Part shown: piece by piece, positions 33,565 to 44,922 of the stretch | How the letters are laid out: each line of letters begins with the position of its first letter | Numbering within the stretch: position 1 is the first letter of the stretch | Source of the DNA: Macrostomum lignano | Taxonomy: Eukaryota | Direction: 5' to 3' | Length of the DNA stretch: 44,922 nt | Assembly (NCBI GenBank): GCA_002269645.1 | Contig: NIVC01003298.1 | Span: 1-44,922 of the forward strand | Notes under the pieces: model-generated | Seen by the model: the letters and a program-made list of their open reading frames with translations, nothing else | Database searches by the model: none | What the model was told of the DNA's origin: nothing | Made by a program: the position numbers and the translations under genes

Positions 33565-35240
33565 TGGCACACACTCCTGAATGAACAATTTCACACACTC
33601 CTGAAGGGACAGTTTCACAGACTCCTGAAGGGACAGTTTCACAGACTCCTGGACAGTTTCACACACTCCTGAAGGGACAGTGGCACACACTCCTGAATGG
33701 ACAGTATCACACACTCCTGAAGGGACAGTTTCACACACTCCTGAAGGGACAGTTTCACACACTCCTGGACAGTTTCACAGACTCCTGGACAGTTTCACGG
33801 ACTCCTGGACAGTTTCACGGACTCCTGGACAGTTTCACACACTCCTGAAGGGACAGTGGCACACACTCCTGAATGGACAGTATCACACACTCCTGAAGGG
33901 ACAGTTTCACACACTCCTGAAGGGACAGTTTCACACACTCCTGGACAGTTTCACACACTCCTGAAGGGACAGTTTCACACACTCCTGAAGGGACAGTTTC
34001 ACACACTCCTGGACAGTTTCACAGACTCCTGGACAGTTTCACGGACTCCTGGACAGTTTCACGGACTCCTGGACAGTTTCACACACTCCTGAAGGGACAG
34101 TGGCACACACTCCTGAATGGACAGTATCACACACTCCTGAAGGGACAGTTTCACACACTCCTGAAGGGACAGTTTCACACACTCCTGGACAGTTTCACAC
34201 ACTCCTGAAGGGACAGTGGCACACACTCCTGAATGGACAGTATCACACACTCCTGAAGGGACAGTTTCACACACTCCTGAAGGGACAGTTTCACACACTC
34301 CTGGACAGTTTCACACACTCCTGAAGGGACAGTGGCACACACTCCTGAATGGACAGTATCACACACTCCTGAAGGGACAGTTTCACAGACTCCTGAAGGG
34401 ACAGTTTCACAGACTCCTGGACAGTTTCACACACTCCTGGACAGTTTCACGGACTCCTGGACAGTTTCACACACTCCTGGACAGTTTCACACACTCCTGA
34501 AGGGACAGTTTCACACACTCCTGAAGGGACAGTTTCACACACTCCTGAAGGGACAGTTTCACACACTCCTGAAGGGACAGTTTCACACACTCCTGAAGGG
34601 ACAGTTTCACACACTCCTGAAGGGACAGTTTCACACACTCCTGGACAGTTTCAGGGACTCCTGGACAGTTTCAGGGACTCCTGGACAGTTTCACACACTC
34701 CTGGACAGTTTCACACACTCCTGAAGGGACAGTGGCACACACTCCTGGACAGTTTCACACACTCCTGGACAGTTTCACACACTCCTGGACAGTTTCACAC
34801 ACTCCTGAACGGACAGTTTCACACACTCCTGAAGGGACAGCGGCACACACTCCTGAAGGGACAGTGGCACACACTCCTGAAGGGACAGCGGCACACACTC
34901 CTGAAGGGACAGCGGCACACACTCCTGAAGGGACAGTGGCACACACTCCTGAAGAGACAGCGGCACACACTCCTGAAGGGACAGTTTCACACACTCCTGG
35001 ACAGTTTCACACACTCCTGGACAGTTTCACACACTCCTGGAGGGACAGTGGCACACACTCCTGAAGGGACAGTTTCACACACTCCTGGACAGTTTCACAC
35101 ACTCCTGAAGGGACAGTGGCGCACACTCATGAAGGGACAGCGGCACACACTCCTGAAGGGACAGTGGCACACACTCCTGAAGGGACAGTGGTGCACACTC
35201 ATGAAGGGACAGTGGCACACACTCCTGAAGGGACACACCT
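33565..35240. repeat. Mixed 24-bp/20-bp satellite ACACACTCCTG(AAGG)GACAGTTTC with higher-order repeats
   Basis: Diagnostic variant GAATGGACAGTATC at 33695, 33871, 34115, 34231, 34347. Confidence 0.95.
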
Positions 35241-36284
35241 GAGGGATATTCGATACCGGAGTGAGAAGAAAAAAAATTATCCCACAAATAATCGAACTCA
35301 ATGACTCGACCGAGTGGGAAGATAAATCCTGCTGAGCAGTGGCTACTCTCTCAAATCCCAGAGCCCTCAGAACGCGTGACTCAGCGCTTTACCCGAAAAC
35401 TCTGGCCAAGCCATAAAGTAATTATTTTTTATCTCAAAATTCAGCAACGCCTCCCAGCGCTCGAAGTTGATAAAAGCTCGCCGATAGACCCCGAGACTCT
35501 AATGGGATAAATCGCTACAATTTCGAGGCTCTGGGGAGTATCTGCTGCATGGAGCTGTGGAGGAAAAAAGCGGGAACTGACAGGGACGGGATGCAGGGCT
35601 TCTGTCGAGGAAGCTGCAGCTGTGCATGTCGGAAGGGCCTCATCACCCAATAGCCGTCGGGGTGAGTCGGAGGGCGATGCTTAATGAGGTGCGGCGGCGC
35701 GACTACTTTAAAGTATTATAAATGCATATTGTAGACTAAACTAATATTAACCAATACCGTATTATACATATGCTGCTCCGCATGACTTCAAACGGGGAAC
35801 GTGCTCGGTGGACTCATGTGAGGAAGGAGAACAGGGGAAGGTGAGGAGAGTTTAAGGAGGAGCAGGGTGTCTGGCTGCCTGCAGACCGGAGATTAGCGTC
35901 CGGGGGGGGGGGCTGGAACAAGAGTGTGACGCAACTCGGAACGGCACAGCGGGATTCGCCGAGCGGTCGGCCCCGCCCCCAGTCTCTCAGCTGGCATCGC
36001 GCTGTAATCGTTTTTAGGGGCTGCCTGCCTCGGGCTTTTTTCCTATTAAATACACGTAGCTAGCTCTTTGTGGGCTTCGGTGGGCTTTGACGTTGGCTGG
36101 TTGATAAGCGATTTTTTTAGTGTCGAATAAGTTACTTGCGCAACATATCGGCTTGGTTCCGGGATCCTCGATCTTCGACTTATGGCTCGGTAAAATTATG
36201 AAGAAAAATACACATACGATTCTAGTTTTTAAATAATACTCGTAGGTCAAACGAAAATAATTTGAATCTGCAAAAAAAAATGTT

Positions 36285-36356
36285 TTCCCCGACCGGGAGT
36301 CGAACCCGGGCCGCCTGGGTGAGAGCCAGGAATCCTAACCGCTAGACCATCGGGGA
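36285..36356 (-). tRNA. tRNA-Glu(CTC): tRNA-Glu, anticodon CTC, 72 nt, intronless
   Basis: TCCCCGATGGTCTAGCGGTTAGGATTCCTGGCTCTCACCCAGGCGGCCCGGGTTCGACTCCCGGTCGGGGAA; full cloverleaf, anticodon at 36323-36321, T9 Pol III terminator 4 nt downstream (36280-36272). Confidence 0.97.
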
Positions 36357-36528
36357 GTTGCTCGGAGAGCAATCAAAATAACGTGTTAGCTGGAGATGAT
36401 TTTATTAATAAACTAATTATTTGTCATCACAGGCTTGTTCGAAACTTCCACAAACTCAAACCTTAAAAAGCTCGAAATTTCACTGTGTAATTGTAATTGT
36501 TCTAATAATTAGGTAGGTAGGTAGATCT

Positions 36529-36760
36529 GCCTGGGCTGCCTTCTGTTCCGTGAGGGCTGTCCTGCAGTTCGAGGCCCCGGCTGACCGCCAGAGGGCCGCG
36601 CTGTTCCAGGCGGTGATCGAGACTGTCCTGTACCTGGAGGCTGGCAGACTTGCTCGAACTGTTGCACCGTCGGCGACTCCGGCTGGCAAACCACATCATC
36701 CGAGCCCTACTGCCCTCTGCAGGCACCCTGGACAGGTGTTGTGCTAATGAATTTTGGAGG
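36529..36760 (+). mobile_element. Internally deleted RTE-like LINE C-terminal fragment
   Basis: AWAAFCSVRAVL...AALFQAVIETVLYLEA then, after a frameshift, LLHRRRLRLANHIIR. This matches the RTE-type post-RT motifs AWAAF...LF.A.VESVLLYG.E...RRLRLAGH. Confidence 0.7.
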
Positions 36761-37779
36761 GTAGACAAAACCGCACTGAGGGATGCGTTGAATACGATAG
36801 CGCTTTCGGGAAATATCCGATCTTCTGATAACAAATCTTGAATATCTCAACCGTCTGGAAGGCTGGCGACTTGATTCTTTGTTTAGAAGGTGCGGCTGGT
36901 GCGCAACAAAAAAGTTATAAGATTCTTGACTTCCAATTGCGGTGGATTGAGCATTAAATCTTAAGAGAGTGAAACTACAAAAATAAGAAACAAATTTTTG
37001 TATCTCCCGACGCGAGTACTATACTGTAAGTAGTGAGCATAGAGTTTTCACGCTATTTATATCAGATTTATTTGCACTGAAAATGTTAAATTTGAACAGC
37101 AAAGATTATAGCTTGTTGCTTGTATAATTATATAGCGAATGACAAAAATATAACAGAATGGAAATGATAATGGGCTACAGTACGAGCGTACATAGTGGCG
37201 CTGCTTGCACACTGCGGACAAGTAGATCAATTAGACGAAGTTAATTAAGCGTCCCCTGGGTAACAGAAAGTTAACTAACCCGCGCCCAGAGCTGAAAATT
37301 GGATGGAGCATATATCAACTATTGATGCCGAGTTGCATAGACAATGAAGTCAACTTGAACAAAGTATGCAAAGGTTTCCAGCAGCAGTTGATGCAGAGAT
37401 TCATTCGGGAACAAATTATATTGCTGTATAGTATGCTATGCTATTCAAGTTCAACATACAGTGTGAGCCAAGAAAAGTAGATGAAGATCCATCGTACAAT
37501 AAAGCGCATTGCAGCTCCATTTTATGCAGGATAATCAACTGAAATCAGTGGCAAACCAATCTTGTCTTTAGTCAGGCGCAATTAAGATAGTTTTGGTTTG
37601 AAAAAATTGCGTCATTACGTCAGCAACATTTGTGCGCTTCTAATAAGATCTTCATCTTCTGTTGCTCCAAGCCGAATAGAAGATTTTTTACAGACAAAAA
37701 TAAAGCAAATATCATGAGTGAGAACACAGAGGCGCAGGTATCTGAATAAAGTTGGGAAACAGAGCATTAATCGCTTGGA

Positions 37780-38320
37780 AGCTTTGCAGGAAACTGGCGC
37801 AATGGTGCCCAGCTGAGGATGTTGATGTTGGTTAAGGTTGTTGGTCTGTCCTCTGTCCTTCCCCCGTCCTCCGCAGGGCCCTGCTTTGACTCAACCGCAG
37901 GGACATCAGGGCGGTGACCATGGCCCTCTCGGTCATGGCTGCTTTGCCAGGCATCGTCACCTCCAGGGAAAAATCTGCAGTGAGGAATGCCCATTTTGCC
38001 ATTCATCTGTGAATGCCCCCCTTTACTCAGGACAGGCTCACCTACCTCAGCCCAAACCCAAACCAGGACCTTCCCGACGTTTTCAGGCCCGAGAATCTCT
38101 GCCAGCTTGTCCGCTACCTAAGGGCTACCGGGCAAGCGACCATCCACCTCCTGGACTCTCCAGAAGGGGACCGCGCTGCGGACACCGGCACCACCGGATC
38201 TCTGCGCGACACCGCAGCACTAGCTGCCCGTGGTCGCCAGGGGTTAGCAGAATGGGCTTCAACGCCTCCTTGCTGTATTCGAATAGACGGAGCCCCCCGC
38301 AGCTGAGTCAAGTATGTCAA
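37780..38320 (+). mobile_element. 3' part of a non-LTR retrotransposon with C-terminal Cys/His finger (copy 3 of 3)
   Basis: LNRRDIRAVTMALS/GHGCFARHRHLQGKICSEECPFCHS...[17 protein letters not shown]...[11 protein letters not shown] across frameshifts, as in I/LOA/R1-type ORF2 ends; shared 3' UTR and GAGTCAAGT tail. Confidence 0.8.
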
Positions 38321-38486
38321 GATTGCTAGTCAAAGAATGTTGGTCAGCATCAGGAAGGTTGGCGGAAAAGAAAGGTCGTGTTTCTTTTACAGAAATAATG
38401 AGGGCTTTAGCAGGAGATTAACCGTAATGATCCTGCTGCTGGGCAGCTGCAGTCTTTGATGAGGGTCAATAAAATTAACCCGGAGG

Positions 38487-41400
38487 TTACAAAGCTCCCG
38501 TTGGCCTGGCTTTCCGCTGGAAGGACTTCTTGAGGTGCACCAGCCGTCTGGCAACAGCGTGGCCCCATGTGGAGCCGTACCATTCGATGCTGTGGCCGCG
38601 CAGGTCGACTCGCGATAGCAGTGTCACCCGGGTGGCGCCGGGGCCGGCGGACTGCACCAGCCAGTCTTCAACCAGGACCAGAGCAGACAGGGTTAGCGGA
38701 GAGGTCGGCAGGCGCACGGAAGTTGAATACAATGAGTGGCTGTGGGCGCTGGCTGAGCGCCAGGCACGCAGCAGGCAGGTCTCGCGGCTTGGCTGGGCTG
38801 GCGGGGACGCCAGGGTGCGCCGGACTACATCGGAGGCTTCGTCTAGCGATTCTAAAGTCTCCGACTTGAGAACGTCCGGGTCCCAGGACTCGCTGCAAAT
38901 GAAATCATTGAACTTTATGAATTGATCACTTTATCTTCTTGAACTCCTAAACTCTTTGGTTAATAATTCGTACAGGTGTTCAGGAAGAGCAAACCAACCT
39001 CTCAGTGACAATCCTGTTGAGCACATCAGTCGAGTCGGCCTCAATCAAGACCAACGCTTTCCACAACCGCAACGGATGGCCATCGTCCACAACTTTGAAG
39101 AAGGTCTCGATTCCCGACCGGTGGCTGAACGGCACCCATTTTTCGTTCTGGCAGGTCTCCCTGGCAACCAGCTGGGCGTGATTTTCAACAAAAGCAAAGC
39201 AGTGGCGCCGGCCGATGGAGTCTAGCGGAGCCACGGCGTCAAGAATTGGCACCTGCAGCTCTTCTGAGCGACTCTCGGCTAGTCGGCGGTACAGCTCGTC
39301 AGGAACCTGGCAGGTGCAAAAATATTACGACGGTGTGAAGACAAAAGACGAGGTTTTCTATTCGAGCCTAAGTCTGGTCTCGTCACTGCAAAGATCAATG
39401 GAAAACTGAGTTTTCGAATCAGTTTGTTTTTTTTCGACAACTCACCGTGAACATCCGATGGCAACAGTCGATCATGAAGGCCAGACAGGCCGCTGCAGCT
39501 TTGTGATCCTCGAGATCTCGCGGGTCCGGCGCGCCGCCTCCGGGCCGTCGGAATCGGCTTGGCGTGGCCGCCGCCACTTGGTGCGGAAAGTAAAACAGCG
39601 ACGGCGCGAGACACACAGCCAAGTTTGACGGCGTCATCTGTGTGGTGTCTGAGCAATCAGCGAAATCGTTTAGGAAGTAGAGCAGTGCCTGCAGCACCTG
39701 CCGATTCTCGTCCGGCAGTAGGAGCGCAGCCGCCTGCACGGCCGCCAGAAGCACCGAATCGGTCTCAACGTGGCTGAATATGGCCAGAAGTGTTGGCGAC
39801 AGTTTGTGCGTGATCAGGCACTCGGGCAGCTCGCGGAGGTAGGCCTTGACCAGGTCGGCCAGGTCGTACGGCTGGCAACGGCTGAAGTCCGACTTGTCCG
39901 GGTCGGCGTCGATCTCGGCCCGTAGAGCCGACACCCGGGCCTTGCCGCCGGCCCGGCGGAAGATGCCGTGCGCTGAGACGCCACTCTGGCGCAGCTGGCG
40001 CATCAGGTGGATAACCGCCGAGGGCAGCGGCTGGCCGTAGCGCATCTGCACAGTGAACAGCGGCATGCCGAACACGGCGGTTTTTGCCGCTGTCGGTGCC
40101 GACGACGGCGATGCCGGCAATGACTGGCCGAGGGGAACGATGCTAGGCGAGGCGTTCGGCGACGCAGAAGATTTGGATCGCTTGGCTGGCTTCTGGTTAC
40201 TCCTGTGGAACGGAAAAATAAGTACAATCAGAATTTCTCCAACTGAAATTGGTGATTGGAATTTGCATCAGTCAATCTTACTTACCAGGTGAACAGCGGC
40301 TTATTCGGCGGGCAGTGCTGCCGCACAATCTTGTTAATCTCTTCGCAGGCTGCATTTCGTAGCACCCGCAGCTGCGTCACCGACATCCCGGATATCTGCA
40401 GTTCGCGCTGGTTGACATTGGGCCGGTGTGACCGGGCGAAAGACGACCAGCGGAACTTCGTGCCGCGCTTCAACCCACCAGCGCTGCCGTTCTCTTCCTG
40501 CTGCTCCTCCTGCTGATCAGAGTCCGAGTGTCGCGGCTCGCCGTCGAACGGGGACCTTCGGTGATGGAGAACGGTTTATGAGACCTCGAACTCGTATATC
40601 CCTCCCCGCCTCCCCTTGTGAGGCACTCTATACTCACATTGACTCCAGCAGTGCGGTTGCCATCGCGGACTCTTCATCGCTGGCCGCAGTCTTCGACGCC
40701 ACCGCTACAGACGACGACGATGCTGAGGAGGCTGGCGGCGCCGGCTGCAACAGCAGCTGATCGAGCTCGGCTATGTTCTCCATCAGGTCCGAATCGTCAG
40801 CCCAGCCGCCGCTGCTCCTGCCGCCGCCGCCTCCGCCGCCACCGGTGCTGCCGCTTCCCAGTGGTCCGGAGTTCGACTTAGCCGGCAGAGTGCAATACCC
40901 TTGCAGTGCGAATGAATGAAGAGTGCTCCTTAGTATCCACCCATGCTATGGTTGCAGTTTGCTGGCCCAGAACAATTTTCATATCGATTTTTCCAATTTA
41001 TCAAGTTTGACAACTTTGCGACTTTGGCTGATCAATAAATAATACGCTCGTAAATAGTAACTCTTTGCAGCTCTTTCGAGCTATACTTAGGGGTTTGTAG
41101 CCTAGTGGTTAGAGCGTCGGACTCACTATTCAGTTTGAGGTCGGGAGTTCGATTCTTCACCCACAACTATTTGTGTCCTTGAGCAAAACACTTCGTTGTA
41201 AAATGGGTACCAGCATTAGCTGGGGTGATGCGCCGAGCAATAGCTTCAGTTGCACATCTGCCCAGTAGGGCAGCTGTAATCAATTATTATTTATTATAAT
41301 TACTCGAGTCAGTTATCTCACCGTGTCTCCATGCGGTAGTAGAATCGAAGTCTAATCGAATCCCGAACGAAAAATTATTAGTCATGCCTCGAGTATTGAA

Positions 41401-43087
41401 GCGTGACTATTTGATATTGTAGCCTGTCAGAGACCCCTAGTACGACTTTCGAAACAAATACGAAAGCAAGTTCTTGCCACAAAAAGATTGCAGTCGCAGT
41501 TATATTTTGCTGCTTCTAGGAGTGGGAGTCGGAGAGTTAGGGCGGATGACTAAGCTCTCTGTGACAGCAGGCATGCTTTATAAGGTCCGCGGGCCCCGGG
41601 TGCCAGAACTCGCTTCGCTGAATCTAGAGGGTTTGACGGGTTGGGGGAGGAGAACCCGGGGGAGAGCCTAATGTACATTGCTTATGTACATTACTGAGGC
41701 GTCCTCTCTTGCCCACTTTTTTCGTATTTATATATTCTTACGAGGTTGGCTTTTTATCCAGTCCGCTAAAGTTCAGACTGACGAAAAGTCAACTTAGTTG
41801 GCCAAGGCCATGGACCATGATGGGGCGTTTCACAACGACATTTCACAAGCTCCACATTTCACAAGCTCCACAGTTCACAAGCTCCACAGTTCACAAGCTC
41901 CACAGTTCACAAGCTCCACAGTTCACAAGCTCCACATTTCACAAGCTCCACATTTCACAAGCTCCACAGTTCACAAGCTCCACATTTCACAAGCTCCACA
42001 TTTCACAAGCTCCACATTTCACAAGCTCCACAGTTCACAAGCTCCACATCTGCCCAGTTCACAAGCTCCACATTTCACAAGGTCAAGCTCCACATTTCAC
42101 AAGCTCCACATTTCACAAGCTCCACATTTCACAAGCTCCACATTTCACAAGCTCCACATTTCACAAGCTACACATTTCACAAGCTACACATTTCACAAGC
42201 TACACATTTCACAAGCTCCACATTTCACAAGCTCAACGTTTTACAAGCTCCACATTTCACAAGCTTCACATTTCACAAGCTCTACAGCTCACAAGCTTCA
42301 CAATTCACAAAATCCACATTTTACAAGCTGAAATGTTCACAAGCTCAGAATTTTACCAGCTCATAACTTCAAATTGTCAAAAAGCTCGTGAAGTTTATTG
42401 TCTTCGATGTGAAATTTCGAGCTTGTGAAAGCAACCCGTCACGACCGTGAGATCGCAATAACTTTTGTCTCATGCAGGTCTTGAAATTATAGTTGAACAA
42501 AAATTGAAGAAAAAAGAAAATGTTTTTATCAATCTGGGACTGTTTCTAGTCATTAATTAGAACATTGTAAAATAAGTCTGCCTGCACAGAAGCTTTGTTA
42601 ACTACTAACTGGTACTTATAAGTAGTGTAAAAAGAAAATGCTTGTGATTGGCACTTTTTGGTCGATTAAGTATGCGCGTTTGACCCACAGGGTAAGATTC
42701 TACGAGTAAAATGCTAGATGATGGACCACGCCCTTAGGCCCTTAGGTTTAAAGGGACTACTTTCCATTGGATCTCGGATAAGAGTTTTTTTCGTTGAAAT
42801 TTGCGCATTTCTATAAGAGAGTAGGCTAAACAAATGTTAGATTTATACTGTGGCTGTGGGTAGCATTTACCTTGGCCCAGAAGTTCATCAACGAAGCTCC
42901 CATCAGAGGCTCGATCCCACCACTCACCAGCGTGCACGCGAAGGCCATCCAGTTCAGTCTGCAGCCGCTCAAGCACCATGTCCAGACAGCGACTGTCCCG
43001 TTGACTCGCTTCTCCAGCGTTGTCTCCCTGTTCGCAAGACTTTGTCAACTGCTGCGGTTGCTCCTGGGCCGGCTCCATCACCTGTCG

Positions 43088-43120
<33 letters not shown>

Positions 43121-43477
43121 ATGACCCCGACGTCGCAGCGATCGGAACGCGAATCCGTCGCGCTGCAGGCGAGAGAAAGTCGACTTGATGCGACCGCTTG
43201 CTGAACGGAGAAGGCCGAAGCCGCCGCTGGTGCCGCCTCCGCCTCCGCCGCCGCTGGCTCCGACGCCGCCGACTCCGCTACCACAGGCGTCAGGTACAAC
43301 GCCACCAACTCCGCCGCCGCTGTCGCCGCCGTCGGCGCCCTGGCGACTCGGGCAAGAGCCGCGAGTTGACTCGCCAACAGCTGATGTACTGCTGCTGTTG
43401 CTGCTGGTGCTGCTGCCTTCGAACTCGCGACCGTTTCTATGAGTCTGCGATGATTTAGTTGGATGCGAATTAGCCAT
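38487..43477 (-). CDS. STARD13: STARD13/DLC1/crossveinless-c-like RhoGAP + START domain protein, 6 exons, 869 aa (no SAM domain found)
   Basis: Exons 43477-42871, 40899-40638, 40555-40286, 40202-39446, 39306-38999, 38892-38487 (2610 nt, GT-AG, phases consistent). LLRSASGRIK, KFRWSSFARSHRPNVN, VFGMPL, arginine finger GIFRRAG, NLAVCLAPSLF; START DDGHPLRLWKA...VDLRGHSIEWY. The start codon may be preceded by further exons. Confidence 0.9.
41091..41300 (+). mobile_element. tRNA-derived SINE with CORE/V-like central block, antisense in STARD13 intron 1
   Basis: A box TAGCCTAGTGGTTAG, B box GGGAGTTCGATTC, then TGTGTCCTTGAGCAAAACACTT...TGTAAAATGGGTACC, a 3' hairpin CTGCCC-AGTA-GGGCAG (41258-41273) and a (TTA)n tail. 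Confidence 0.8.
41818..42441. mobile_element. Putative non-autonomous TIR element whose interior is a 16-bp tandem array (CACATTTCACAAGCTC)
   Basis: Left end TGATGGGGCGTTTCACAACGACATTTCACA is an imperfect inverse of right end GTGAAATTTCGAGCTTGTGAAAGCAACCCGTCA; array 41828-42350; no clear TSD. Confidence 0.5.
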
Positions 43478-44354
43478 GGACCCAACCGTGACCAAATAAA
43501 TGGTCATTGAAATGGCGTTCACAAAATTTCATCTCTACCATTGCATGACTTTCTAAAGCTAGAATTAATATCAAGCTGTGGAATAGGGACTGGGGTAGGC
43601 TGTGGGGGGGAATTGGCACCTATGTCGAGATCAACTTCTGCGCAGATTTGCGTCCCGGTCAGTCAGAGAGAAAAGAACGTACTGGAGCAGGCCTGTCCGT
43701 GCGGGGTCCACGGGCCAGTTTTATTGTCCGGTAATTGCGAAGTTGTTAATGTTGAAGAAAGCCTATTCACTTATATACTAACGTTTTATTGCCTTTCACT
43801 TTCATCGCCTACCCTCAGATGGACGGGTTTGACAAGCATAAGGGAAGGAAAGAACAAAAAATTAATAATAAAAGAGAATTTATTGGGCCATGGCTGGCCA
43901 GGCAGAAGACTCGGAGAGAGAGAGAGAGAGAGAGAGAGAAGAGACTCTTGCATTCTATCGACCAGTTTCCAGTGAGACAGCTTGAAAAGTGAATTTATTA
44001 CTAAGAAATACGACAGCTCATGCAGCGGAGCCCCTTCACCGAGAGGAGTTCTGCACCGAATATGGTATCATTTCTCTTGCACTCGCATCGCCACCTCTCC
44101 CCGTCACTGCGGTTGAGCAGATGCATACTAATGCGTATTATAGCAGTGGGGTGGCGAGAGTGTGGAGTATGGGCGACGCTTGTCACCCAAGCAATTATGA
44201 AAGTAAATAAGTGCATTTTGCAGAGCCTTCTGCTCTACTGTTCGAGCTTGTACGAGTTATGGCTGCTTTTGCAAGAAATTTTAAGGGACTGCTGTTTGCT
44301 GTCTCTGCTAATGATTCATCGCGTCATGGGATGCTATTATAGAAATAAGAGATC

Positions 44355-44520
44355 ACATGAGTGAATTGTTCATGATATGAGTGAATGGTTGATGATATGA
44401 GTGAATGGTTGATGATATGAGTGAATGGTTGATAATATGAGTGAGTGGTTGATAATATTAGGTGAATGGTTCATGATATGAGTGAATGATTTTATGATAT
44501 TGAGTGAATGGCTCATAAAT
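44355..44520. repeat. 20-bp repeat GATGATATGAGTGAATGGTT, ~8 copies
   Basis: Directly visible. Confidence 0.88.
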
Positions 44521-44922
44521 GAGGGAATAGGATGCTGAGAAAGGGTAAAAGTTACTCACATTCGAATGCTTCAGAGGCAATAATAGTCTGCTTTGAGAAG
44601 ATCTTCTTTTAATTTCAGCCTTCAATCTGCTGCTTAGCGGCCAGCAGCTTGTCAAAATGGCAGCAGCAGAAGCAGCACAGTGTTCAGAGATATCACTGAT
44701 TTTATCTTTGGCTGAGTTTGTAAACGCGTGCCTTTCAGAATGCGATTTAGCTATTTTGCTTGTATACATGTACGTACACTGCTTCCATTGCTAGCGCCTA
44801 AAAGCAGAAGACCGGAAGATAAGGCCGGACGGGACAGCAAACTAGAAAAGATCTCACACCCCAATGGTCGAATGAATATCTTATTTTGATTGGTAAACAA
44901 GAAAGCAGCGAGTGTTTAACAA

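Noticed and set aside
18410-35240. Regular 20-42-bp repeats as possible CRISPR arrays
   Set aside because: Units are head-to-tail with no unique spacers, there are no cas genes, and the context is eukaryotic.
41091-41165. Second tRNA gene
   Set aside because: Acceptor and anticodon stems do not pair properly and the sequence continues into SINE body and tail; annotated as a SINE head.
1072-41300. All six retroelement fragments are on the plus strand
   Set aside because: Small sample (two-sided chance about 1 in 32, noticed post hoc) with no mechanism evident.
41669-41693. Perfect 10-bp hairpin TAATGTACAT-TGCTT-ATGTACATTA as a Helitron 3' end or terminator
   Set aside because: AT-rich, no downstream CTRR; explained by a short duplication of the palindrome ATGTACAT.
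4501-42428. Many long ORFs with periodic peptides (VEGEVDR, EERCPVF, NAVNYTK, HAEISDS, Cys-rich, ETVPSGV etc.)
   Set aside because: They coincide exactly with tandem arrays, are open on several frames or strands at once, and mostly lie inside introns of real genes.

Overview
Repeat-rich animal (metazoan) genomic DNA. It has spliceosomal GT-AG introns, GC-rich exons with CAG/poly-Q tracts, and about a third of the window in some 24 unrelated tandem-repeat arrays. The style resembles the flatworm Macrostomum, but that is an inference. Four host genes could be reconstructed by hand: (1) a fax/FAXC-like GST-fold gene with two 1-nt frameshifts; (2) a complete 9-exon, 556-aa cation-type nicotinic acetylcholine receptor alpha subunit; (3) an intronless, orphan secreted and probably GPI-anchored 313-aa protein with a possible agrin-NtA/TIMP-like domain; (4) a 6-exon, 869-aa STARD13/DLC1/cv-c-type RhoGAP-START gene. 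There is also a tRNA-Glu(CTC). The first 2.3 kb is a nested mobile-element graveyard. It holds a frameshifted dUTPase and a Polinton/Maverick-like DNA polymerase B fragment (probable endogenous DNA-virus relic), separated by a Penelope-like element ending in a minimal hammerhead ribozyme and abutted by a LINE 3' end. The same LINE 3' end, with a conserved stem-loop and an AGTCAAGT tail, recurs twice more. Other elements are an RTE-like fragment, a tRNA-derived SINE, a TIR-bounded element whose interior is a tandem expansion, and a dense cluster of TAATCC homeodomain sites. Most long ORFs in the supplied track are artefacts of the tandem repeats. All homology calls are from motif recognition, not database searches.
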